A program made the translations under genes and the position numbers. A stretch of DNA of 64,000 nucleotides from Myxococcota bacterium (lineage in GTDB: Bacteria; Myxococcota_A; UBA9160; UBA6930): assembly GCA_965223705.1 (NCBI GenBank), contig OZ245015.1, positions 3,584,001 to 3,648,000 on the forward strand. The letters run 5' to 3'. Position 1 is the first letter of the stretch. Each line of letters starts with the position of its first letter. Below the pieces are notes generated by a model that saw nothing but the letters and a program-made list of their open reading frames with translations, ran no database searches and was not told the DNA's origin. Shown in pieces: positions 52,085 through 61,629 of this stretch.

Positions 52085-54604
52085 GTGAGCCGGCGGGGTC
52101 CCAATAGGCAGAACGCGGGCGCAACCGAGCGCCCACCGATCTACAACAGAGTAAGATCGAGAAACTCACTCCTGCGTGCCTGGCGGCACGTGCGAGAGAA
52201 CGGCCTGAGATCGAAGTCTCGATCCAACCGCCTGGCCGTCGAACGATTCGATCAAGACGCGCACAGGCATGTCGACAGAATCTACCGCCAGCTTCTGGAA
52301 CGTCGCTTTCGATTTGCACCAGCCAAGGCCATTCGGAAAAAACGGAAAGGCAAGGCTCCTCGGCCTATCGTCGTAGCCCCCCTTGAGAGCAGAATCGTTC
52401 AAAGAAGCATTCTCAACGCACTGGTTGAAGAACCAGCGATGCGGGACCACTTCTCCGTACCGTCGAGTTACGGGACAAAGGGGGCACCAGCGGCAATCGA
52501 GGAGGCTTACCGGCTCATCATTTCAGGCGAGTTCAGCTTCTTCATTCGGTCAGACATAGTCGGCTTCTTTACTCGGATACCTCGTGCACGTCCGTTGGGT
52601 ACGATTGCCGAGTCGATCTCTGACCAGGCGTTCCTATCGTTGCTCCGTGAGGCAACCAACTCGGAGTTGGAAAACCTCGAGGCTATTGGAGAAGACGCCG
52701 ACCTGTTCCCGGACGAGGAATACGGCGTTGCCCAGGGTTGCGCTCTATCATCGCTTCTTGGCGACATCCTGCTTGCCAAATTCGATCACGAGATGAACGC
52801 GCGCGGGGTCCGCTGTCTCCGCTACGTCGACGACTTCCTCATCCTTGGTCCAAACGAGAAGTACACGAAGAAAGCATTTGCGAACGCTCAAGTACTTCTG
52901 AATGAGTTTGGGCTGCGCGCATATGATCCTTTCACTGATTCCGAGAAGGCAGATTTCGGTCGAGCTCAACATGGCTTCGAGTTTCTGGGCTGCGAGATCC
53001 GTCCAGGAATCGTTAGGCCGACAAAGAAGAAGAAGCAGCGGCTCCTCGAAGACCTCGAAGAGCTGTTCGACGACAGTTACGCCGCTATGGCGAACCCGCC
53101 CGCGCTTCCTCGATTCGGAGGGGCTCTGGTCCCTACGTTGGCAATCGTCAATCGAAAGCTCCAGGCGTGGGGGAACCAGTATCAGTTTTGCGCGGATCGC
53201 GGAGGCTTTGAAGTCCTCGACGAAAAAGTCGACGCAATGCTATCGAAGTACCTTGGGAGGTATTCCGAACGTCGTAAATTGTAGTAGTCGCGATCTAATC
53301 TGACAGTCGCCCTGGTTGTGGACCGTCTGTTAGATCCGATCTAAGCGGCGGCTTCGCCGATCTCCTTCTGCTCCCAGATCTTCATGCCGTCGTCGAACGT
53401 TTCCATTGGCGTCCGGCCGCAGCACATCTTGCCCTGGTGTGTGCGCTCTTCGTTATAGCGCACGAGCCAGTCGTCGAGATCCCGTTGGAGCTCTTCGAGG
53501 TCGCTGTAGAGCTTCTTCCGAAACGTCACCTGATAGAACTCCTGAAGGATCGTCTTGTGGAAGCGCTCACAGATCCCGTTCGTCTGCGGGCTCTTCACCT
53601 TCGTCTTCGTGTGATCCACGTCGTTGATCGCGAGGAAGAGCTGATAGGGGTGCTCGTCGAGACGGCCACAGTACTCCGTACCCCGGTCCGTTAAGAGACG
53701 AAGCAGTCTCCCACCGCGTTCCTCGAAGAAGGGCAGCACGCGATCGTTCAGGAGGTCCGCCGCCGTGATGGCCGTCTTCGCCGTGTAGAGCTTCGCAAAG
53801 GCCACCTTCGAGTAGGTGTCGACGAAGGTCTGCTGGTAGATCCGCCCCACGCCCTTGATCGTTCCCACGTAGAACGTGTCCTGGGAGCCCAGGTAGCCGG
53901 GATGTTCCGTCTCGATCTCGCCCGCCGACTCGTCGTCGTGGCGTTTGCGCTCGAGCGCCTGAACCTGGCTGTCGGTCAGCACGAGCCCCTCCTCGGCGAC
54001 CTTCTTCTCGAGCGCCGCCAAGCGGTGCTTGAAGGTCTGCAGGTCGTGGCGAAGCCACACACCCCGGCCGGAGAGATCGGCATCCCGCGCTTGCGCAGCT
54101 CGTTCGCCACGCGGACCTGGCCGAAGGCGGGCTCCTCGACCGCCAGGGCCACGATGGCCTGCTCGATCTCGGGAGCCGTACGGTTGCGGAGGTTCGGCTT
54201 GCGCCGCGACTTCTCGATCAGCGCCTCCACGCCGCCTTCTTCCACCGCCTGCTTGTAGCGGTAGAACGTGTCGCGCGAGTAGCCCATCACCTTGCAAGCG
54301 CGCGACACGTTGCCGAGCTCCTCTGCCAGGTTCAGGAGGCCGACCTTGTTCTTGATAATCTTCTGTTGTGTACTCATCGGGGGGTGCCCTTTCAGGAGAC
54401 CGTGGTCTCCGGTTGTGTTGGTCCACAACCAGGGTAACCCCACCTTCTTCGCTCGAAGATGTGTCAGATCAAGTCGGAACTACTGCACGTAAATCCCAAG
54501 GGGGCGACAGTGCCGCCGCCGACCGCCGTCGACTCCTGGGCGTACAGCTCTTGTCAGACTGCAACAGCGACCCGATACCCAAGCGACTTGCACGCGGCGC
54601 CTAA
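52085..54604 (+). CDS. Group II intron-like (G2L4-type) reverse transcriptase, interrupted near the C-terminus by an IS
   Basis: LLRAWRHV (RT0), RPIVV..RIVQR, SDIVGFF, GVAQGCALS, RYVDDF, FEFLG. Removing the IS and one TSD copy restores ...YSERRK-SQGGDSAAADRRRLLGV...GA* (about 434 aa). Confidence 0.88.
53280..54487 (-). mobile_element. IS481-family insertion sequence, 1208 bp
   Basis: 26-bp imperfect IRs (20/26; 53280-53305 and 54462-54487), 7-bp TSD CGTAAAT (53273-53279, 54488-54494), and a perfect 14-bp subterminal IR (53310-53323, 54421-54434). Confidence 0.93.
53341..54377 (-). pseudogene. IS481-family transposase, frameshifted
   Basis: MSTQQKIIKNKVGLLNLAEELGNVSRAC in one frame; QDTFY..TDRG..NGICERF (DDE) in another; shift near 54055-54065. 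Confidence 0.88.
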
Positions 54605-54897
54605 CTCAATTGAGGTGGGTTCGGCCTTCTTGACGTCCTCGTCTTTGGCCAGTGCGTACTTTTCTTCCTTCTTCTCGGGTTTCTTGTCCGGCGGATTCGG
54701 GGGAGGGAGTCGTGGACTCCAACCCCGTTCTTCCTTCTTTCGCCCGTTCGGGTGGAAGTCTTCCTTGCCCGAAAGGGGCTGCGGGTTCCACGGGATACAA
54801 GCGTCGAACTTACGCACGTGCGTGCGCCTGCGCTTTCAGGTTGCGCGGGCCCGGGCTCTCCTCTTGTTCAGCGAACCCGAGAAACTGCAGTAAGAAC

Positions 54898-54980
54898 TGA
54901 ACTGTCCGACGTGGCGGCGGGGTCTTCGACTTGGGAACGTCTGACTTGCGCACTGGGAGCACCTGCACTTTCTGGTGCGC
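54898..54980 (+). repeat. Dispersed structured repeat, diverged unit
   Basis: TGAACTGTCCGACGTGGCGGCGGG...CTTTCTGGTGCGC. Confidence 0.8.
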
Positions 54981-55029
54981 GGCGCAGGCGGAGGAGGATC
55001 GCTCATCAACCGTTCGTATCTTGAACGAG

Positions 55030-56381
55030 TGATCGGCACGACTAACATCTCCCCCAACTGTTTCCACGCCGAGGTACCCATCGTGTCCGCCAACACCACC
55101 CAAGTTCGATGGGACGAAACAGGGCAGCCCGTCTGCGACTGGCAGTACGAGTTGTCGCACGGCCTTGCGGAGCTTGATTGGCGCGCGTTGGGTGACCGGT
55201 TCGTCTCAGAAATACTTCGGAGTGTCGCTGCAAGCACCGGAGCTACCGGTAACAGCAAGAGCGAGCGACGCTTTGACCCTGACAGACGGGGACGTAGGGA
55301 TCGCCAGATCGCCCTGACACTTTCAGAGTGTTCGCTGACTTCAAGTCTCTACCTGGTAGTTCTGAAGGACAAGCATTTCGCTGCGATGGTGATCGGCGCT
55401 GGAACCGAACAAAATGATCAGATCACACCCTGGGCCAAGGCTCTTGCGGAGGCCCTAGACGATCTGACCAAAGACGAAGCCGAACACGACTGGTGGGCGA
55501 TTCTCGACCGTCAGCAGTACAGAACTCCACGATTCATCTCGCGACCCATGTCAGTTGGCAGCCTCACCCTTCGCTCTTGCCCCTACCTGGTAGAAGAACC
55601 GGTCCCCGGAAGCCGAGAAATGATCCTGGCCACAATCAGACGCTGGAACCCGGTGCGGGTAGAGGGGAGTTCCAGGGGATTTACAACTGCTGTGGGAATG
55701 ACATCGGCAACCAGGGACCTATGCCGGCTGTGCGCACTTTTAACCGTGGCTGACGTGGACGACACTGCTTGGACGCTCCGGCAAAGTCCACGCCCGGCAG
55801 GCTGGGAACCACGAGAGTTGGACCGCTCTTCGCTTCGGATCGCCCAAGAGGAATCAGCTTCGCGGGACGAGCTCGCTTTTCCTGACTGGATGTCAGAAGC
55901 GTGGGTAGATCTTTCCAAGGACGCCGGACTCGACAGGCTGGTGGATGGCTACTACGAGGGTTGTCTCCTCGAGCGAACACACCCCTCCTACTCACTTGTC
56001 GCATTCACTTCTGTCTCAGAGAAGATCGGTGAGCGCTTGTTTGAAACACCCCGGGTAGAGAACTGTGCCAATTGCGAGAAACCGCTGGCGAACTCCCGCG
56101 TCCAGTTGCTGGAGAAGGCGTTCGCTCGTGTTATGAGTCGAAAGGAAGCACGTAGACTCAAAGAAGACGTCTACCGGCCTCGCTCGATCACAGCTCATTC
56201 GGGGCGAACACTTGGGCTGGAGTCCTATTTTGGCTCAATCAACACCCTCCAAACCGCATCGCCCGTATACGATCTCCATTCCTTTGGCTTCACAGTCTTC
56301 CGTGCGAAGGAGGCAGCAAGGAAGCTGCTTACTGGCCTATTGGACCGTACTCTCGAACCACTAGCCGAAAGCCCCACTTAG
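55030..56381 (+). CDS. Hypothetical protein with C-terminal HEPN-like domain
   Basis: YSLVAFTSVSE..CANC..VYRPRSITAHSG (Rx4H); start uncertain. Confidence 0.6.
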
Positions 56382-56626
56382 CTCTGTGTCAATGCCAAAC
56401 CCTCCGTCCGCACAACCTCCTCGGTAGCTTTGGCAGTCCCCTACTTTGCCTTTCGCCGGCCGAGGTAGGCATCGCGGCGGACATCGGTAAGTTTCCGGGT
56501 TCCCGGAGCGCCGCTTCGGGGGCCCCACGGAACGCGTGCACTTGCAGGTTTCGCGGGGCGGGTGGGGATCCTACTGATTCATGCTTGAGCTCTGGGTTTG
56601 AGCACGCGTCGACATCGAAACTCTGC

Positions 56627-57064
56627 CTACCGCTTTGCGATGCCAACGATGTTGTTCCGAACGATGAACTTGTCCGTCTTCTTGACCATCCCGCCGAAAC
56701 TATTCTTCGCGCCCCATTCGCAGACGACCTCCCAGTGCGATTTGGTGTCCCGGGCCTGACCGCAGCGATAGACGCGGACCGAGTCGGGGTCCGTTACGAG
56801 GCGCCTCAGTCCTCGCTTGATGATCGACGGGCCGGGTTGGTACCCGATCTTCTCGATCAACGCGGCACGGCGCTGTTCCTGGGCGGCACGCTCAGCTTCC
56901 TCCGCTGCTCGACTAGCCGCTTGTTCTCTCATCTTCTGTTGATAGGCCCCGAAGTCGAAGACTTTCTCCTCGTCGTCCTGGGCAGATGCTCCATAGGGCA
57001 GACATGCTAGTCCCAGGGCAAGTACCAGCCCCCTGAATTGGCGCTTCGTCTTGGTTGCGTTCAT
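56627..57064 (-). CDS. Hypothetical exported protein
   Basis: Signal peptide; LVTDPDSV..AKNSFGG motif; AAGGA RBS. Confidence 0.7.
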   Translation of the reverse strand: MNATKTKRQFRGLVLALGLACLPYGASAQDDEEKVFDFGAYQQKMREQAASRAAEEAERAAQEQRRAALIEKIGYQPGPSIIKRGLRRLVTDPDSVRVYRCGQARDTKSHWEVVCEWGAKNSFGGMVKKTDKFIVRNNIVGIAKR

Positions 57065-57287
57065 GTTTCCGTTTCCTTCTTTAATTTTGAATATAACCCC
57101 CTCTAATCAACGTGACTTACGGCTTCTCCCGGTGAGGACTTGAGGCATTAGAGCTGAGAAATGAAGCCCTCCCCCGGGTTCGAGTTGATTTCCGGGCTTC
57201 TCTGCGTATGATTTGCACAGTGAAATTCAAAAACAGTCGGTGCTACAAGCAGCGTGAATTTTCCGCGGTGGTAATTAGAATCCCCGA

Positions 57288-57500
57288 ATGCCGCGGGGTG
57301 GGAGACGTGTGGGAGCCGGAAGGCCGCCGAAGGGGGACGAACCCCTCGAGCCCGTAGATGTATGGGTCAGCCCCAAGACGAAGGCCGCCTACGATGCGGA
57401 GGCCTCACGACGGGGTGTGAGCCGGAGCCAGGTCATGCGCGAGGCACTCGAGAAGCTAGAACCCAAGCGAAGGGCAACCCGCAAGAAGCCCGCGCGCTAG
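57288..57500 (+). CDS. Ribbon-helix-helix (CopG-like) DNA-binding protein
   Basis: RGGRRVGAGRP, then GVSRSQVMREAL. Confidence 0.75.
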   Translation: MPRGGRRVGAGRPPKGDEPLEPVDVWVSPKTKAAYDAEASRRGVSRSQVMREALEKLEPKRRATRKKPAR

Positions 57501-57515
57501 GCGCGACCCTGCAGA

Positions 57516-58769
57516 TTATTGTTTCTTGTCCTTGGGAACCTGAAGTCGGTGAAGTGCTGCACGAACCGCTCCGTCTTGAAGACGAGCGTACTTCTCGATC
57601 GATCGAGGATCGCGGTGTCCCGCGAGGTGAGCCAATAGCCGGTCATCCGCACCGCGAGCCTTTAGGTGGGTGGCATAGGAGTGCTTCGTGCCTTCGTAGA
57701 GGCTCACGTTGGGTACGCCGGCGCGTTTCGCGGCCGCTTTCCACGTCCGCCGAAGTGCCGTCTCGCTCCACCACCCTTGCTTGCGCCCGTCAGGGTTGAC
57801 GAACAGCGGCCCATCGGGGTCCTCGAGCGTTCGCTCGAGCGGAAGATACTCACCGAACCAGAGATCGAGCGTCAGATCGACCGGGACGACCTTCGCGTTC
57901 CTTGATTTGAGGCCCCGCACAACGCCACCGGTCTTCCGATCTTTCGCCGCTCGCGACACACGGATCGAATCCCCCGCAAGATCCCGCACCCGAAGCACAC
58001 GGGCCTCACTCGGCCGGACCAACCCGTAGGCCATGCACAGGAAGATCCCTCGCTTCGCATCCGGGATTTCGTTCAGGATCTTCTCTTGGATCTCGCTCGA
58101 GACGATGGTCGGCTGGTGCTCGTCCGGTTCGGGCCACGGGAAAGTCGGCACCTTGTAGTCGACGCGCACGTCGCGCGCGATCCAATGAAGGAAGGAGGAG
58201 AACCCCGCCATCACGTTCTTCACTGTCTTCTGTGAAATCCCGTGCTCGGCGAGCCAGAAGCTCCACTCTTCGAGAGAGGCCGTCGTGATCTCGAAGATCG
58301 AGACGTCGCGCCAGTAGGTGAAGTAGGCGCCCTGCTCTCCTTCGAGGCCGGCCCAGCGGCGATACTCGCGGAGGGTGCGCGGTTGGCGCTTCCCGACCTC
58401 GACGCGCTTCTCGAACACCTCAATCCACCGGTGGACCAACGGCTCGATCGCCGACGCCCCTCCCGCTTCGGGTGCTAGTTCAGAGAGCACGTCGTCGAGG
58501 AGTCGTCCCTGCGCGACCGACACTTCGACGTGAGCCAGGAGGGCCTCCGCCATGTCCCGGCTCTCAAACTTGATGCCGCGGAATGAATGGAGAAAGCGAG
58601 GCCCCCACTTCCGCCCGAAGTCGATCCGCCAGGAGCCCTTACGGCTTCCCGGCCTTTCGCGGACTCGGCCCAGCTTTGCCCGCTTTGCGGCCATGTCGGC
58701 CCACGTCTTACCGTGCAGTTGGGAGGCCAGCCAAGCGGAATCTGCAGGATCGGGGCGCCTTTTCCCCAT
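57516..58769 (-). CDS. Tyrosine recombinase/integrase
   Basis: VRPSEARVL, LKS, LYEGTKHSYAT, AGH, IEKYA; start uncertain. Confidence 0.88.
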   Translation of the reverse strand: MGKRRPDPADSAWLASQLHGKTWADMAAKRAKLGRVRERPGSRKGSWRIDFGRKWGPRFLHSFRGIKFESRDMAEALLAHVEVSVAQGRLLDDVLSELAPEAGGASAIEPLVHRWIEVFEKRVEVGKRQPRTLREYRRWAGLEGEQGAYFTYWRDVSIFEITTASLEEWSFWLAEHGISQKTVKNVMAGFSSFLHWIARDVRVDYKVPTFPWPEPDEHQPTIVSSEIQEKILNEIPDAKRGIFLCMAYGLVRPSEARVLRVRDLAGDSIRVSRAAKDRKTGGVVRGLKSRNAKVVPVDLTLDLWFGEYLPLERTLEDPDGPLFVNPDGRKQGWWSETALRRTWKAAAKRAGVPNVSLYEGTKHSYATHLKARGADDRLLAHLAGHRDPRSIEKYARLQDGAVRAALHRLQVPKDKKQ

Positions 58770-59203
58770 TCTTCCCACATCGGACGGACGCGGGTTCGGG
58801 TGAACGCGCAAATTCAACGCAACTCGGGGGCAAGAATGTTGCGTCGCGAGAAAGTCCAAAGAAAGGACTTGCTGTGCCCCCGAATGCGAGCGAACAGTGT
58901 GTCGCCTTCCGCATAGCCTCGGGCCGCTCGGCTATGTCTTGCGACCACTCGACACCGAGCGGCCCACTTCGTTGCCTTCGCTGACACCAATCGATGCGGA
59001 CGGGCACTTACTCGGTTGAGCGCTGTGTGCGCGATAGTCCTGCTAGGGCCCATAGGTGGTAACGCAGTCGCCACCGGGCTGTTCGAACCAATCTACGAAG
59101 ATCGTTGGGACAAAACTGCGGTAACCGGGACCAAACGGGTTCACGGAGCCGCGGGGTGTTCCCGTTCGCTCCATGAATCCGAAACGCAAAAAAGGATTCA
59201 ACC

Positions 59204-61207
59204 ATGAGCTATGCGAATTTCGAATCGGGCCCCAAGAGAGCTGCCGTCGTAGGCCCGAGCGGCGTCGAGGATCCTCTCCCGCCTTTCAGTACAGCGTTGC
59301 AGCGCCATCTAGACTGCGGTCACGACCTGATCACTCTTTACCCATGGAACTCGGCTGATGCACACGGACGGGCATTGGGAAAGGTTCCGCGCGGGCGATG
59401 GCGGCAAGTCGACTACACCGATCGCGACATTTTGAAGAACGTCGCCGAGGGTGGAAACACTGGAGTCCGAATCAAAGACGGCTGGGTCGTATTAGACTAT
59501 GACCCTCGAAATGACCCCGACGGGCTTACACCGGACATGCTCGAGCTCGAATATGGATCGTTCCTCGAATCGCTTCCGGGCGTTCGAACCGGCGGCGGGG
59601 GCTGGCATCGATACGCTCGGGTCCCTGAGGGCAGTCGCCTCAGGAGAGAGCATCCCGACTTTCCGGGCCTTGAGATCAAACAAGAAGGCGGCCAAGTCGT
59701 AGCCGCCGGGTCACGTCATCCAAACGGGAGGATGTACCAATGGATCGAAGCATCACCCCGTCTCGCTGGCGATCTTAATACCAGGATGCTTCTTGCGTGG
59801 CGCCGTCCCAAGAGGAACCAAATAGGGCATGAGGGTCCAATCAGCACGACTCGGGCGAAGGCGTGTCTCGATCAGCTCGACGTCCTTGAGTATCGACTTC
59901 ACGACGAATGGTTCGAGCTGATGACTGCATTTCATTCTGCGACCGGTGGATGCCTAGAGGGGCGCGGGATCTTCGAATCGTGGAGCACTGCCGATCCTTT
60001 GTATTCGAGCCATACCGAGCTGATTCGAGAACGTTGGGATTCGCTCGAAGCGAACAAGGCTGGCGGAATAACAGTCGGCACCCTCTTCCATCATGTCCGC
60101 GAGAGAGGCGGCTCAATCCCCGCCCCGGATCCCGAGGAGGTGTTTGATCGAGTTCCGATTGAGAGTCATCAGCCAGAACATGGCAGCGGCGGAATCGTGT
60201 GGGCGAAGGGTATCGCGGAACAACGGATTTCTTGGCTGTGGCGTCCTTGGCTGGCTCGCGGAAAAGCAGCGATCCTCGAAGGCAACCCAGGCCTCGGGAA
60301 GACGACCATAGCCTTGGACTTGTTCGCGCGGCTGTCTACCGGACGAGCCTTTCCCGGGGAGGAAGAGGCTTCCCACCGACCAACCAAAGTTCTCATCGTA
60401 GCCCCGGAAGATACGGTTGAAGATGTCCTCAGGCCCCGCCTTCGCCTCGCCGATGCTGACCTCGGAAGCGTCGGGTTCTACGAATACACGAAGCCGAATG
60501 GGATCGAGGTCCCGGTCACCCTCAGCGTGCTAGGCAGAGTGCTAAACGATGCTCGGAAAGCCGGCGTTGGGTTCGTGTACTTCGACTCGATTATGTCCTT
60601 CATCGGTGGCAACGCTAACACGCACAACGACGCCGGTGTCCGAGAAGTGCTGCATGAGATTGATTGCGGGGTTCGTAGTATTGGTGCCCAGTTCTTGGCG
60701 ACGCGGCACCTCCACAAAGGAGAGAAGTCAATCGCGGCCTTCGCGGGCGGCGGTTCCATCGCGTTCACTGCCTTTGCGCGGTCGGTTCTCCTCTGTGCGA
60801 AGGATCCGAAGCATTGGGACGATCGCAACCGAGGAGTTCTCGCACATACGAAAGGTAATTTGGGTCCGAGCGCTACAAGCCTTCGCTACAGGATCATCGA
60901 GCCCGAACCAAACGTGACCAAGATCGAGTGGCTCGCGACTTGCGACTTGACCGCCGACGAGTTGGTGGCGTACACGCCGGACTCCGAAAAGCGCGGAGAG
61001 GCAAGACGCGCCTGCGGTCAATGGCTGGGGAGGTACTTCTCGGATGGCAAGCGCGAGGTTGCGAGTAACGTGAAGGCTGCAGCGAGGGCTGCCGGACACG
61101 AATGGACAAACTCGACATGGGATCGCGCGCGTAAGGATCGTTTTATTGGCTCGGCGGGGCGGGGACAGACCGCGGTGTGGTTCCTCGAAGAACCCCGCCT
61201 GGGTTAG
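59204..61207 (+). CDS. Prim-Pol primase, PriCT-2 and AAA_25/RepA helicase fusion
   Basis: LDYDPRN, TGGGGWHRY; DEWFEL..ESWS..ERWDS..ITVGTL; Walker A GNPGLGKT. Confidence 0.85.
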   Translation: MSYANFESGPKRAAVVGPSGVEDPLPPFSTALQRHLDCGHDLITLYPWNSADAHGRALGKVPRGRWRQVDYTDRDILKNVAEGGNTGVRIKDGWVVLDYDPRNDPDGLTPDMLELEYGSFLESLPGVRTGGGGWHRYARVPEGSRLRREHPDFPGLEIKQEGGQVVAAGSRHPNGRMYQWIEASPRLAGDLNTRMLLAWRRPKRNQIGHEGPISTTRAKACLDQLDVLEYRLHDEWFELMTAFHSATGGCLEGRGIFESWSTADPLYSSHTELIRERWDSLEANKAGGITVGTLFHHVRERGGSIPAPDPEEVFDRVPIESHQPEHGSGGIVWAKGIAEQRISWLWRPWLARGKAAILEGNPGLGKTTIALDLFARLSTGRAFPGEEEASHRPTKVLIVAPEDTVEDVLRPRLRLADADLGSVGFYEYTKPNGIEVPVTLSVLGRVLNDARKAGVGFVYFDSIMSFIGGNANTHNDAGVREVLHEIDCGVRSIGAQFLATRHLHKGEKSIAAFAGGGSIAFTAFARSVLLCAKDPKHWDDRNRGVLAHTKGNLGPSATSLRYRIIEPEPNVTKIEWLATCDLTADELVAYTPDSEKRGEARRACGQWLGRYFSDGKREVASNVKAAARAAGHEWTNSTWDRARKDRFIGSAGRGQTAVWFLEEPRLG

Positions 61208-61629
61208 CTCCCCCAACTCAGGTCAGCTGCTGCTAGGGAAACGGGGCCTCCGGCCGCATTGGCGTCTCCCGGCTGGCGACCCGCGCTGGTGCTACTAGGG
61301 GACCATTCCTTCGACACTTGGGGGAGTTAAAGCAACTCACTTCCCATGAGTTGGGGAATGGCCCGAGCATCACGTTCGGTTTGGCGGCGCCCGGCAAGGG
61401 TTGGCTGGAGAGGCAGCGAAGGGCGCCAACACTGCCCGTGTCCGCGCCGACGTCGGCCCGTGTGGGGAAGTTATAGCCGGAGGCGACCGCGCCCTACCGC
61501 CAAGGCCGTTCCAGCCTTGCCGCGAAGCAGCAGAAATCTGCTCTTTTACGAAAAATGGATTGAGTTTCTGACGCCCTGGGGTCTGGCCTCGCCGCCCCGT
61601 CATTGATCTAGAACTCTGAATGACAGCGG

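Noticed and set aside
52085..54700. Mobile group II intron
   Set aside because: No recognisable domain V/VI after the ORF, YVDD instead of YADD, and the upstream region is a direct-repeat pair. A covariance search would settle this.
54606..54817. Short Lys/Glu/Pro-rich minus-strand ORFs after the RT
   Set aside because: No RBS or family motif, and the longest overlaps the RT tail.
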